Below are positions 15,101-44,800 of a DNA stretch of 64,000 nt, piece after piece. Both the position numbers and the translations under genes were made by a program. Positions within the stretch are counted from its first letter, which is position 1, and each line of letters begins with the position of its first letter. The notes under the pieces are model-generated. The model made no database searches. It saw only the letters and a list, made by a program, of their open reading frames with translations, and was not told where the DNA came from. Origin of the DNA: Bugula neritina (Eukaryota; Animalia; Bryozoa); contig OZ037768.1 in the NCBI GenBank assembly GCA_964035545.1, positions 12,345,475 to 12,409,474 on the forward strand, read 5' to 3'.

Positions 15101-15878
15101 TCAACTGATGTCAAGAGTGTCTAATAATTAAAAACGGTTGAACAGTCATAATTGAATAATAATTATATATAAATATTGAATTATTATTCAACTGTGTGTA
15201 GATCAAATGGCCATGGGCAAGGAAGATGGGAGATCTAACCAGAGACACAATGGCTGCCATAGAACTGGTGACTCAACTTCAGAAAGTCCGAGATCTTGAT
15301 CCACGGGAAAGGTTTCAGGGAGATACTGATGGGTCCTCCATATACTCTCTCAGCACCGTGGACCAGTCTCAAGCTGGAACAGCAACTGAGGCAGATTCTG
15401 AGATTCCTTCCAAACCAAGACTTCGACGTCCTAAGAAAACTACTCATCTCTCTCTTGATCGTGTGTTCAGGAAAAGATTCCATAAGCTCAAAAAAGAACT
15501 GGAGGTATGAGATTCTATGTGGTAATTTCTACCAAATGCTTGATACACATCAAATGCACAACTTGAATATGTAAGATAATTTAGTAAACAAAAGAATTTT
15601 CTTAATCATCAAACATATTCGTATTACACGCACAAACATGAACACACACATAGTTACAAACTTATTGTTGTCACCAGGTGGATATCGCCACTGATGCCGA
15701 GTCATCCAACGAAGGTGGTCCGGCAGATGAACCCCAAGTTGGCAACAAAGTATATCGAACAGTGAGACAAAGAATGTCTGCCAGGCGAACCGCCTCATTT
15801 CATCACGGCCAAAGACGTCGCATCCAAAGAAGGTCATCCATGGAGCTGGCTAAGACACCAAGGTTTCATGATATCTAA
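197..15878 (+). CDS. CHS: Chitin synthase (GT2), spliced, 5' end lies upstream of the window
   Basis: Phase-consistent GT-AG exons: 197-391, 910-1071, 1590-1794, 2235-2435, 3838-4009, 4486-4662, 4882-4968, 5346-5525, 6022-6232, 6995-7148, 7575-7778, 8093-8286, 8444-8562, 8865-9104, 9253-9509, 9890-10087, 10378-10513, 10759-10959, 11324-11511, 11703-12251, 12594-12814, 13052-13148, 13650-13853, 14142-14244, 14359-14448, 14780-14892, 15202-15504, 15678-15878. Animal CHS motifs WDIF, ATMWHET, KKRWSQVMYMYYLLG, LDGDVDF, QMFEYA, QYDQGEDRW, QRRRW, SWGTRE. Confidence 0.97.
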
Positions 15879-16157
15879 GAAAACTTTGTGTTACCAAAGC
15901 AACATATCAACTGCTATTTGGAAGCTAGACTTTAGACTTCTGATTATATTTTTCATTGAAAAATGTCATGTTTGCCATTGTTGGTGCTTGGGATAAATAT
16001 ACTATTTTGGTCATAAGTTAAATGGGGTTTTACTTTTTTACCTTTATACTATTACAATAAACAGATGTAAAAAATTTGTTTTTAGTTAGTTTTTTATTAT
16101 TTGTTTACAGCATTAATATTTTTGTTTGAGCATGTGCAAATCAAATCAAATTTGGTA

Positions 16158-16169
16158 TTTATTAATAAA
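16158..16169. terminator. Palindromic TTTATTAATAAA giving AATAAA on both strands between convergent genes
   Basis: 12-bp palindrome in the ~580-bp gap between the CHS stop (15878) and TRPV stop (16457). Other candidate signals: AATAAA 16056-16061 (+) and TTTATT 16093-16098. Confidence 0.35.
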
Positions 16170-16456
16170 AACGTGAAAGTAAATAATAATCTTATAGCAA
16201 AATTATTAGCAAAATAGTGAACTTTGGCAATCACGTTATGTAACCCTCATTTGCATAAAGCATTCCTATTTGTAATAAATATGCTGTAGATGCACGTAAA
16301 ATATTTCGTCTAATGTGCTGCTCACACATGTTTTAAATATGTAATTCAAAAAATATAATCTCGTTGAAATATTATGCTGCATACATAATAGAAAGTAAAA
16401 TAATTATATTTAAAAATGTATAAAAATGTAGGCAAGTTTGTAAATGCATGTAATGG

Positions 16457-31325
<14,869 letters not shown>

Positions 31326-33444
31326 GGAAAATAGAGTGTATTAATGTATTCAAAAACAACCTATTCAGAGTAATTAAGCTTATAAAGTATACGAAATTTG
31401 TAATAATTTACTAAGCGTAATTAATTAACCATTCAATAATGCTAGTAAGAAAAAATCAAGTAAAGTTTCTAAATTATAGTTACAGTTTTTAGTGATCCAT
31501 AAATGGGTCACTCCATTTTACTTATTAGGACTAGGATATTGAGACCATAAAATAAAATTTGTTTTAAATCAATTGAAATTTGCTATTTTGAATATTTCCA
31601 TTTGTTGATTTCACCTATGTGAAAGAAAAAAGATTAAAGAAAGATCCTGCATGCGTCACTTATAAACCGAGACTAGTTATTCCATTTTTATTATTACCAT
31701 CAGATGAAAATAATATTGCATAATTTGCATCTTATATTTGAAAATTAAAAACTGTATTATTATGTAAATAACAAAATGAAATTTACAAAACTTTTATTAA
31801 TTAGGCAAAAATAATCATATACTCAGTGTGTACTAACTAGAATAAAGTGACCTAAATATTAAATTTCCAAAACAGCATCTCTCCAAGTATTGCATTCTTA
31901 TGAAAGTTTCAACAAATTTATTATACAATGCTTTTAGACATAGAGTTTGATAAGCTTCCACTTTATAAGCAAACAGAAATTTCTACAGCGGGTTTTACTC
32001 ACATGCTATCCATGGCTAAGAAACAGTATTACTAGCAACAAGATAGAAGCCAACACTAATTTAATGCATATAAACTTACATTGAAATTCAAACCCTTGAA
32101 ATTTCTTAAGTGTAGAGTTTTAATGTTGGCAAAATAAGCAAATATTATCATTAATACTTTGGTTTATGTAATTTAATGCCTATTCCATCCTGTATACCTG
32201 AAGCTATTATAAACCTAGCTTTTGAATTTATGGAAATCTTGCCCATAAGATAGAATCAACAATGGCAAAGGGTGGGCTTAAACCCCACCCCCAAGTAAGC
32301 TTAAATCAATAAATTATATATAATAAATACCACTAAACAATAGAACAATAGTATAATAACTGCCTTAACAATATTTCTAGTTGGACAACTTCATTACTTT
32401 ATTGTAGCCAAGAAAACAACTTATATACTTATTGATTTCTAGTATCTTCAAAGAAAGATGCTCCATTAATAAGCATTAATTGATACACCATCTTTCAATG
32501 AATATAGGGTAGAGTTGATACATGCATCTAATTACTTTGTGTAGGAGTTGATCAAACTGTATAACTATGGAATACTTTGGTCCAGGATTAGCTAAAAGAG
32601 CAATAAGTTGAAAATATCATTGTGTTTGCTCACTACGTTGATGTGATTAATTAACCTGATAATCATTGCTACAGCATAGTGGAGGACAATGTAGTATCAC
32701 AGATAACCCAACATAGTTATGCAAAACTGATAACATCATCATAAATCATCAACATTACCATTAAAATTATTTGGTATCCACATGGCATGTATGTTGTTTA
32801 ATTGTAGTGCATAAACATACTGAAAATTTCTCATAAACATAACATTAACTAGTCATTATTATTGCCTTCACCACCACTTTAGTTTATTAAAATTTTTGTA
32901 TCATGATAGTTTTCAACAAATGCAAGTAAGTTAAACAGAAACACTACTCGCATAGTAACTTAAACAAAATGCGTTGGGTAAATAAAACACATACAATAAT
33001 TTACTTTTAATGAAAATTTGACAAAAATAAAAAATAAGATAGCTTCCTCGAAGGCCAAAATTTCGGAAAGAGATTGAGGTATATTTGAACGCTATATTAA
33101 AATAGTATAAAATTACAAAAATTCTTTGTAACCTAACAAAACTGTTCAAATTTTACTAACAATAACAGTTCCAAATTACTTATATACCCTGAACAAGCCA
33201 TTAGTATCAACAAAGATTTACAAACTCTTTAAAGATGTATAAAACAAAAATTAGATAACAATTCTTGAAAATAAAGGGAGCATTACTCCAAACAAATCTA
33301 ATAATAAATCTGGAGTGAAATCAACAAATAGAGCACAAATAATTGCATACATTCTATATACAATTAGAGGCACCGAGTGTAGATTGTGTGATTTGAGTAT
33401 ATAGGACTATCTAGGAGTTATCACAGCAACAGAGATCTTCACTA

Positions 33445-36400
33445 CTAATAAGTCACACCAACATCTGCTAGCACCTGCTGCAAGTACTTCATTTGGACAG
33501 GAAGGTTGCCTTTAGATCCCATTTTATGACACTAAAACAAAATTTTACTAAAATAAAAAGCTGTTGATTTAAACTGAATAGAAGTTTAAAACTACTTTTT
33601 GTAGAAAGCTGAGAGTATGCATTATGCATTTATAGCTCTCTATTACCATCACTGTACTGGAGAAGCTCATACATACAATGGGCATAGTACAATACAGTAA
33701 AATATACTTTTCCGAACTACCATGATAATATAAATAGTTATTAATGAGGGCTATAGTATAAAAATATATACAGTTGAATTGCCACCAACATATAGATTGA
33801 CATACAGACTCGAAAGAAATAAGGAGATTGAAAAATTATAAAACTAGATATGCTACCCTAGCATTCGAAGCGGATGATATGCTCTAAAGGTTTATGGTAG
33901 GTGTTTTATAAGGGGTGTAAATGCCCCGTGGATAATGAAAGTGAAGTATTATCAACAGAACTATACTGGGAATTGCTGTAGTATGCAATGCTTTCATTAT
34001 ATGACAGCTGTAACACTTACTTTTCCTGGCATATGTGTGTTCATATAGTTGTGCTGATCTTTATCATATAAGGTAGCTAACTTTTCTCTAAATGGGTATT
34101 TCAGAGGTAGAATATGACCTTCAGTAGTGAAGATATATGGCTCACCATCACGGTGCAGAGGGTTGTCTAAGTCAAATAACTGCAAGGAAACGTTATTGTC
34201 TCAATTTAAACATCACATCTTACTAATGGTCTATCGGAATACCAAGTTATATAAACAATTAAGACAACTGAATATGAGGATACAAAATAGTAGCATCAAC
34301 TATAATATAGAATGATAAATTATAAAGTGTCAAAACAACAATAATAAAATCAATGTATAAAACAGACCTCTCTCTATGATATTGCATTGATTCGTGGCGG
34401 CATCTAGTCAACACTAACACTAAGTACAGCACCCATAAGGCCAAAGACATCATTTTCAAATGAGTTTGTAAGCATACTAATTGATGGAAAATGTCAATCA
34501 ATTTACCAATATTTTAATTAACCATTGGTGAAGGCATCATTCTGTCCAAATCCATTGGTCCAAATCAACAATTCAACTTTTGATATTCTGGCTGTGCGTA
34601 GGATTTGTTTGAGTACTTAGCTTCAAATATGCTCAAAATTTCAGATATATGATAAGGAAACAGCTATTGTAGAACACACTGAACTCACCAAAAACAGATA
34701 TTTACAAGTTTCACTAAGAAAGAAACTTTCCATTCTATCTTCTAAAGTTTTGTCATGTACATCGTGTATAGTTGCATAACCACACCTGCAACAATGCACT
34801 AATAAAATCTAGAAATACAAACAAAGCTCGCAACATATTTTTCCCACATATTAGTTAAAATAGCAAATCATGTCCATAAAAATACACAATATCAGTGTAT
34901 GCTTCAACTTTTGAAATGTTAGCCTACTTGGCCTATGCTTGATTTTTAACAAAACAACACTACAACCAGTTGAAACTTAAAATAGTACAAGCCAAAAGAC
35001 AAAAGAGAAATAATTAAATTAAGTCAAATTGAAACAAAAACACAATCTTTACTACAATAATATGATTATTGAAAAAACTATATCTGCAGAAATATGCAAC
35101 ACAGATATCTGTAGATAGAAGCAGGAAACATACAACACTATTCCAATATACAACTTACTCAGCTTTTGAGTACTTCTCTATATCTCGTAGAATCTCCCTG
35201 CCTACGTGCAGGTAGAATGGACTCTTTGTGGCTCTATACAAGAGGTAGGTAGACTCAACAAACTCTGGTCTGAGAGGGTAGAATGTGACTTCTGGTTGAT
35301 TGAGGTGCCAGTTATATCTCTCTGGCAAGAAGCTGTGTTTTTTCCACACAGCATAATACATCAGATGAGAGCAGATGGCTTCCTCCACATCTCCGTATAA
35401 CACCTGCAGCAGGTTGGTATAGCTGTATTCACCATAACCTGATGATACATCTAGTTACTAGTACAAGACCACAGAAGACTATAACTTTGAATACCTGAAC
35501 TCCAGGCCACGCGGCAGAGAGAGAATCAAACCAGTTGTTCATAATATTACCATCATTCATATCTACATTCACGTGGATGGGGTGAATCCCATTGCCTGAA
35601 TTGCATTTTTCTCGACTGTAATCAAAATAAAAATGCTAAAAATATTAAAATATTTATTAAAAATTATAGTATAAAATAGATACAATATTATTTATTGCAG
35701 TTGTCCACTCTATTATTTTTTTAGAATATAAAAATATTTATGTAAAGACAATTCTATGAAACATTAAAGCTAATACTTGCACAAAAACCATTTAATAAAA
35801 AAGATATATATTACTCGTACATGCTGTATTTTATAAATCAATGAATTTCATGATATCTTTGTTAAATATATAATTTGCAATGTTACCCTTTGCGGAGAAA
35901 TGTCTGTATTTTACTATAAATATCCTGGAACATTTTATACTGTTGTCCATCACCAAATAGAATGGAAGATTTGAGCAAATATTCGTAGACGGAGTCTAAA
36001 CCAGCACCGATGCCACTCATGTTACCAGTCCATTTCCCAGTTTGTATGTTGATGACATTTCCTGAAAACAGTATATATCTGCAACAGCACTAAGTAAAAG
36101 GATGTCTGATCACCAATATTTATTTTAATGCACAAAACATAAAGCACGTTAGAGAACTTTAGAGCACTAAATTAAAACTTAAAAATTATATTTCAACGCT
36201 CTAGAGTTCTCACAATAGTTAGGAGTTGTCTTTCTTTGGAGCAACAACTATATTCTATACAGAAAAAATATTATTCAACCATAATAAATTATCACGTTTG
36301 ATGTTGGGAAATTTTGGGGTAATTATACAACACAAAAAACAATAATAATTATGGTAACACAAATTGTTGAAAAAAATTCAGCAACCTCATAGAGTTTCTA

Positions 36401-39400
36401 AAATTTGTTTTTATTTATAAATTGTTTATCAACACGTAATTTAGTTATTTTTTACCCTCTCCAACATATTTTTCGTTTACAACTGTATTAATTTTGTTCC
36501 TGAAAAAATTGCTTTAAATATTTTTGAGAATAAGAAGTAGCATAAATGTGTATTACACGAAAGCTATATTGCAATGTTATTAAATTACTACACACCTAAC
36601 AATCCTGTGCTGTTTGACCGGTAATTGTACAGAGAATTGACAGCCCTGAGAGAGGTGGAGTGATACACAGGGTCGTTAAGAAGGGCACTGAGAGTACCAA
36701 ACTCCAACAATAGAGTGGCAGCACCGGCTGAGCAAGTTTCATTGATGCAGTGTCTACAGACATTTTGATGCGTGCCTTTTAGTAAGTTTACCTACATTTA
36801 ATACGGTATATAAACACAATGTATTATAAGTAAACATACTCTTATGTACTTGAAATGCAATTTGTTATGATGTGCAAGAGTTATCAAGTTATAAATATTT
36901 CAATTTACCAAAAATACAGTTCGTTTAAATAAATATGAATATTTTCGAATGGTGCCATCTATTGGAAGATGCAGATGCACATCTATGCAAAACTCACACA
37001 TTTAGCAGACTGAATGAAAGTCAAGGCAAATTATTAGTCAACTGAAATGTTGGTCCAACATTATAAGCTCACCCTGGGATAAGGAATTCCAGTGTGAGTT
37101 CCATCAAAGGCTGGAAGGAGGCGGGAAGCAAGATCGTGCGCTAAGTATAATAATTCATTGTCATAGAAATCTGGTTTGAGATCTCCAAAAGGTTCATTAC
37201 TATCAATAATCAGCAAGTGTGCAGAAAGCAAGCCTCCTATCATTCTAAAACATGTGCGTATCATTTCTTTATGAGAGAACTTGACAAATTTTAAACTTGA
37301 ATCTAGTAATCATAATTCAAGAAAATATAAGGTATTGATTACCTGATGGTAACTTCAAATATTTGCACCTGGTGACCATAGTTAAATGAGAGATTCTCAA
37401 CAACTAGATTCACAGCCTTTTTAAATTCGCTGTTATTTCCTAAAATCTGTTAAATAAATAAAATCAAACATTAACCTTGAATCACGTATCACACAAAAGT
37501 AAAGTTACAAAAAAGCTATCAACATATTTATAATAATTGCCACAGTCTTCCATAATTAGAAACTGTCACAGAAACAAAAAAAAAAAGCAAATTCTACTCA
37601 GTTTATAAGTAAAAATTCAAAAAATTAAACTTTCGATTTAACTTTAGGAAACATTTCCATTTAAATTAAAGAACCGCCAGCTTAAACAATTTAGACCATG
37701 ATTTATAAACTACCCGTAACTATTACTTACTCCATAAACTAATTATTACTTACTGCTAATGTATCTAAGGAATCAACCAAGGTTAACATATAGTCACCAA
37801 GAACATCGTTGATATTTATATTGTCTCTGTAAAAGTTGAAAAAAATGATATTATATAGTTGATGAGCATGTGCATAATAGTACAAAAAGCAAGAAATTTG
37901 AATAGTTAATATCTAACATTACAGTGTAATAAATAGTATTACATTTCTAACTTGCAGACTCAACACAGTTTTTTTATTAATTTAGAGTTGCTCGTAATTT
38001 CAGGGAAAAATACTATAACTTTTTTCACATAATAAAATACATTGTTAGTAAAAATGAAAACTTTTAATTTGCAACCGCATGACATAAACAACCAAAAATA
38101 TATATAATATACAAAATTAGTAAAAAAATTATGTTGTTACCAAAAAACTGCAAAATTGGATATTTTAGAATGCTTTATAACTTTAATTTTGGTTTGCATA
38201 GTTGCCTGAACTAAGTTTTTATAAAATAATTACACAGCAGGAATCTATTCCTGCTGTCCATAGAAACAAAAACAGCCCTCAATGACTATTGCAAAAACTC
38301 TTCTTACAAAATATTTTAGTATTGTTTCTATTACAGATATAATCTAAGTAAAATGTATGCTGGCAGTTAATAGTATTAGTATAACAATTGGCAACGATAA
38401 CTACATACTAAAATTTATATCCAGGATTTAGTAAAACCGTAATTATTGAAGTCTATCATAATACCAGAATATGAACAGAAAACTTTTGAAATGATTTAAG
38501 CAAATCTGTAGTGCAAATAAAATTATTGCAAACCAATTAGCAATTACAAGCCTTTTAAATGAAAGTGCCAAAATGTAGTTTTAATTTTCAACTATGTAAA
38601 AAAATTGGTTTTCTATAAGCAGACAATAAAGATTGAGGCAATCATTATATTATATCGCTAAGAATAACATTAAAACAGTAGATTATCTAATTTACTCTGA
38701 CTTATAACCGTGAAAGTTTAAAATTGAATTTCAAGTACTTGAGTTAACAAATCAGAAACTCAGGCTGCAAGCCTTAATTTCTTCTAGGTGATAGTTTTAG
38801 TAATACGTGTTTGATAGTTAGCTCTATACATGATGATTAGAGAAATTTCAGAGTCTTTGCTGATTTCTTTGACGCAGATAGTTTTAATTGCTAACTGATG
38901 TAGTTGTTTTATAATTGCAGTAATTATTAATAGCTTCTTACAATTGCCTCTATTATCATGTGACAGTTTACTTAGAGTTAGTGTGTAACTGTGAGTGCTA
39001 CTCCTGCTATATAATTGTTCTTGAGTGCATTTATATGCAGAAAGGGTGAGTGAGAATAAGTGAGTAAGTTCTCTTACGGACAAAAAATCTCTAGCCATAA
39101 ATATAGATGTGTGTTCGGTAGCAATAAGCATTCTATTGATGCATTTTATACTGGAAACTCGTCCACATTCACAATAAATAATACATCAGGACTCCATAAA
39201 TTATTGGTGCTGTGTTCCCAACTAGTAGGTTAACATCTCTCAGTAGCATAGAAGCAAAAAACTTAGCATAGGATCATGATGACAATCATCGTGGTTATGA
39301 TTGAAAGCAAGGTAGCTGAACCAATTAATCATCATCATCGATTTGAGTGAATGATTGTACTAATAGTAGTACTACTGGACTACTAGTACTACTAGCAGTA

Positions 39401-39834
39401 GCACTAGTACTAGTAGTACAGTAGTAGTAGTATTACTACTACTAGTATGAGTAGTACTGGTACTATCAACTAAAATTATATCAGTAAAAATAATTAAAAA
39501 TATATGCAATAAGAAAAGTAGAACAAAAGGCTCAACATTTTTGTTACCACTCTTACTCATCGGTATAATCATGTCCTCTTCCAGTGCAGTGTATGGGATT
39601 CAGCTCATCATGTGGATATGCGTGCTTCATGTAGCTATCGTAGCCAAATTGAAACATTTTCTTTGCGTCATTTTTGCTTTCAAGAACTTCTTGCAGAGAA
39701 AATGAAGAAAAGCTTGAATTTAGACATTCGGTTAAAGATTCTGTAGTCGTAGTAAGACAATCTAGATAACTAGAAGTAGTTAGGTGTACGATAAAACTAA
39801 TAAACACAATAAGTAAAATTCCATAACATTTCAT
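33445..39834 (-). CDS. EDEM1: ER degradation-enhancing alpha-mannosidase-like protein 1 (GH47), 11 exons
   Basis: Hydrophobic N-terminus, then [132 protein letters not shown]. Short final exon 33445-33531 ([28 protein letters not shown]) matches the EDEM1-type C-terminus; no EDEM3 PA domain. Confidence 0.93.
39358..39465. repeat. TAG/TAC low-complexity tract
   Basis: Degenerate tagtagtactactac repeats in EDEM1 intron 1. Confidence 0.8.
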
Positions 39835-39894
39835 GATCCAAACATCAACAGGAAGTTAGTTTTTATAATAACAAATGCATGCGATAGTGTTTAG

Positions 39895-40059
39895 CCACGT
39901 GGTACTACATTTCTTAATTTGTGCTACTTGTAGTCATCGGACTATCAGTGTGAAATACCAGAATAAAGAACCACTAGATAGAGCGCAAAGCTTTGAGACG
40001 CTGAGTGCAGTGTTTGCTGCGAGTTTAATCATTGCTCTATAAACTCTCGCCCCCACGTC
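39895..40059 (-). promoter_or_regulatory. CCACG-core motifs upstream of EDEM1 (possible UPR elements)
   Basis: CCACGTGG at 39895-39902 and CCACGTC at 40053-40059, about 60 and 220 bp upstream of the ATG in a locally GC-richer patch. Confidence 0.3.
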
Positions 40060-40329
40060 CCCCTCGAACCACTGCACTCAGTGACTACCAACTTTGCGCT
40101 GCTTCAAGCGATTATCAGAAAAATGCAATTATTTTAGTCACACTCCCTTTAGTCTGATTTGTGTTTATAATCAAAATGTTAATGTTGCTTATGCCTTATG
40201 AGGTACTTAGTAGGAGTATCGCTATGACTATCACACTGATACGCACACTAGCATTAAATTTAAATGCCCAAGGCTAAGCAAAGTCATTTTGATTTACTTT
40301 TACTTTCACTTGTAGTGATTTAAAATAGA

Positions 40330-40760
40330 ATAGAATAACTATTAATAAGTATTAACTGTAAGTATAAGGATAACTATAAGTATAAGTATAAGATTAAGTA
40401 ATACTAATAGTAATACTAATAGTAATAGTAATGCTATTGTCTATTAGTATTAGTATTACTATTAGTATAAGTATTACCAATAGACATAACATTTTTTTAA
40501 AATTAAGTTTAAAGCACCGTAGAACTGTAGAAGAAAACCCTGATTTCCAACTAAAAATGAATTACCAAAGTCAAACATGTAAGCTAAATGTAATGGTGAA
40601 TGTAATACTAGTAGTAATAGTAACAGTAATGGTAATACTAATACTAGTAATAATAATACTCCCTAATACTAATAGTAATACTGATACTCATACTTATACT
40701 TATAGTTGATACTGATAGTTATAGTAATAGTAATACTGATGGTTATTTAGTAATAATTTT
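40330..40760. repeat. Degenerate hexamer-periodic tract (AGTAAT/ACTAAT/AGTATA)
   Basis: Visible 6-nt periodicity in the EDEM1-SLC17 intergenic region. Confidence 0.8.
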
Positions 40761-41872
40761 GTTAATTGTTTTTATCTTTTAGTTGAAATACGAATTTTTT
40801 GAAAACTAAAGGAAAGTTCTGTTTAAAAGACTGTGCCACTGAGTGTGATTTCATCATTCATGCAAGTTTTAAGCTAAATGTAAAAGTAGACAACGTGAAC
40901 TTGAGGTTGTTCGTGTAATAATTTATTGAAATGTACTATAACAATATAATAATAATAATAATATTTTTTGTATAAATATAATTATAAATTTATAATAATA
41001 ATCATATTATAATTTTTATAAGCAGTGTAAAGTGTTAGGTTAGTGAAGAGCTATAGGAGAATATTATGAGTGGCGATTGCATTGAGTGGCTTGATGAATT
41101 CTTATGAACCTCTGTGTCCATGCCATTTTAATTTTTTTCTGCCAGGATGAGTGTTTGCAGTATATCATCAGCTGTCAGATGACGTCAAAACACATTTTGA
41201 AAGCTTTAACATTGAATTACAAAGAGAATTTTATGAAAGTGACTTCAGTGTATATAACCAGCTCAAATATACGTGTTGAGATATATTGAGGCAGTAAAAA
41301 TTAATGTAGCTGACCTACATTGGTCATTAATTGGATAAGAGACTCTTAAACCACTGTTGAAATGTGTCTTCATTGCTGACTTACTGGCGGGTATTGCCAC
41401 ACAATAGAAACATATTGCTGTTGTTGAAATACTAAGCTTGAGGGAGTTGGTTGGCAAAGCTACAATGATGTTATCAAGGGCCCTTTATGTTACGATGAGA
41501 GTTGCCAGAAAATCCAATTTATTGCAGTTTATGAATGGAATATTTGTAGATGCAACAACTCCTTAAAGTTTTATAAAAGTGTTTATTTCATGCTAAATAA
41601 AAGAGGTAAATATAACTTGTTATCAGTACGACTGATAACAATAGCCAATATTCTAAACATTATTAGGGTGAGAAACAGTTACTAACCTCTCTCAGTTTCA
41701 TTGACTGGTTGGTGACCTTATGCCCCTCTATTTGAGATAAGGTTATCATATGATGCTTGTATACTAATGTGTACTCTGTGATGATGAATGCATTTGTATG
41801 TAGGAGAAGAGCATGATAGTATATATGGGAAACTAGATCTACCAATTTAGAGCACAATACTTGGAACTTAAT

Positions 41873-44800
41873 ATGGCTGCTAAAGGTTTGTATAATTATT
41901 GCAAATTATAATGATATAACTACTTTGATTTTTGTGCAATAACAATGTAATAAAGAATTGTTATAAATATTACTCTAATTTTGAAGGCCCTCACTGGATT
42001 AAATGTGCCAGAGTGCATCTGTCATTCTTGGCCTTCCTAGGCTTTGTAAATGTGTACATGCTGAGAGTCAACTTGAGTGTGGCTATGGTTGCTATGGTTA
42101 CGCCAACGCCACCTGACTCTGGCTCTGATGTGGGAGAATGTACACCATCAGGGAATTCTACCACACCAGCACCTACGGTATGTTCATAGACATTAGACTC
42201 TTCATGTCTATGTAGTAGTTTTATGCACTTATACATTGTTCAGCTTTACAACATTGAAGCTCTAGGTGAAGTTTTTGATTAGCAGTTTTTGAGAAATTAG
42301 GCACATTTAAGGTGCATGTAGAAATATATTGTTTTAATGATGCCAACTAAAGGCATCTAGTTACTTGACTAGATAAGTCTTTATCTTGAGTTTTGAAGGC
42401 AATATTTTGCTTTCTAAAATAAGAGCATGAGTTTCTGTCAGTAGTTTATAGCTTATAAAGAGCATTCCTAGAGATTTGGGACTTCGATTAAAAACAAGTT
42501 TGTTTATAGTTTAAATAATTATGTAACTGGTTACTAGTAATACTCCATTCTAATAAATAGATTTGACAATCCTAGATGATACTGGAGCAGTTTCAAGGAC
42601 TAAAAATACAGGCAGTTAGTCTTTCAAGTTTCAGTTTTTTGTAGTCTGGTTTAGACTGGATAGTCTGAGCATTTACCGGTTATAATACCGTAACCACTGA
42701 GTTATAATACCACATAGTGTATTGGTGTTGTAGACTACACCTTCCACTGGCGCCACCTATGACTGGGATAGAGCGACTCAAGGCCTGATACTAGGCTCTT
42801 TCTTTTATGGATATATAGTAACACAGCTTCCTGGTGGAATGTTAGCTGCAACGTATGCACTTACAGTTGTTTTATTGAAATGCAAATGCATGTTGTGTTT
42901 ATTTTATTTTCTAATTCATCTTTTTAATTTTTCATAATAATATAGACTGTTATATATTCTTTTGAATGAGCTAGCAGTCATATGAGTAACGGATACTTAG
43001 TGAGACAGACTTAATTTCTTTTATAGATTAAGGACAGTACATTTTAAATATTGAAAGTGTAAATAAATTAATGTTTTGTGAACATTGTGCTGGTAGATAT
43101 GGTGGGAAATGGCTGTTTGGTTTAGGAGTGCTGTGCACAGCTGTCTTTACATTGCTCACTCCATTAGCTGCTAAGCTAGGTGTCCCTGTGCTTGTAGCTA
43201 CCAGAATTTTGGAAGGTTTGGGAGAGGTGAGTACATATAAATATATATTTCTCTGATTTTGTGTCATGAAGTGTGCCGAGAGTTATGATGTACTACTCGC
43301 ATTAACTGTTTTGTTTCCTCAGTTAAACTAAAGTGCTAGTTTTATTTGTTTAAACTCAGGAATGGCAATATATGTGTTTGTTATCTGGTCAATTGTCTGA
43401 GAAAAGCAATTGAGTTGAATTGCGTTAAGATTATCTCACCAATTTGCTTTGATGTTTGGTTTATTAATTGCAGGGTGTTACATTTCCTGCCATGCATGGG
43501 ATGTGGACTGTTTGGGCACCTCCTCTAGAACGAACCAAGCTGGTTTCATTTTCATTTGCAGGAGCCCAGTTTGGCACCATCATTGGCCTGCCGCTATCTG
43601 GTTGGATAACAGATTCTCTTGGATGGCCCTACATCTTTTATATTTTTGGTATGAAGCTTCATAATTATACACGTCTGAAAGAAGTGACATATGAGCAAGT
43701 GCTGCCATAGACTGCTTTATTTTATATATTAACAGGGCACAGGGCTTTGTTGGACATGGTGTTATCAATAAATTAACTTTGCTGTTTTACTCTTTAGGAG
43801 GTATTGCCGTATTATGGTTCATCCTATGGATAGTTCTTGTATCCAATACACCTGCTACCAACAGGTTCATCACTGTAGAAGAAAAAGACTATATAGAATC
43901 AGAGATGTCTAAAATTTCAGACGGAGAGCCCGTCACTGTAAGGTTTATTACCAGCTTGTTATAACAGTTTATGAAGTTGGTTTACTTTGACTACTCTGTG
44001 TTACCTCATTTATTTTATGCCAATTGATGTGAGATATATTTTTATTTGTTTTGTGCTTTCTAACAGTTTAGGAATACTCCGTGGATCTCCATTGCAAAGA
44101 GTCCAGCTGTGTGGGCTGCAGCATGCACCCATTTCTGCCATAACTGGGGGTTTTATACTCTACTTACTTGCCTTCCTACTTATATGAAAGACGTTCTTCG
44201 GTTTGATCTTCAAAAAGTTAGTCACTTTTTCACTCTCACTTTACATTCAATTTCTCCAAACTTACATTTACTGAGTAAGGCAGCTGAAATTGTATTGTTT
44301 TTAATCTAGGGTAGAACAGTTTCATTTTTCAAAATTTTATGAACGTTTTCTGTTCCAGTGTTATATGCACCAGCTAACGATTGTTTTTAATGATGATATA
44401 GATTGTGGTTCATTATATTTAGATTCATGCTTTGGTGTGTCAGTGTATGCCCCCCACTGGGAATCGAACCTCAGACTTCAAACTGGCATGCTAACCAGCT
44501 TGCTAACAGTAAACTGTAGGGGCTTCGATGGAGTCCCAACCCAACAATCAGCATTACAACTGTAGTATTAAATGCAAACTTATGAAGCTAACATTTAAAA
44601 CTGCTTCTATGGTTTCCATTTTTATTCTATTTGTGGTAATTGGCAGAGTTGGGGTAATTGTAATTTGTAATTGTAGTTGGCTGTAATTAATTAAACGAAT
44701 GTAATTTATAATTGATGTGTAAAAATGTAATTGTGGTTGTAATTAATTACACACCTAATGTAATTGTTTTTACAATTACTTTATAATTACATGTCAATTA

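Noticed and set aside
39372-40709. Hydrophobic/Thr-rich ORFs 39372-39572 and 40431-40709
   Set aside because: Products of low-complexity periodic DNA.
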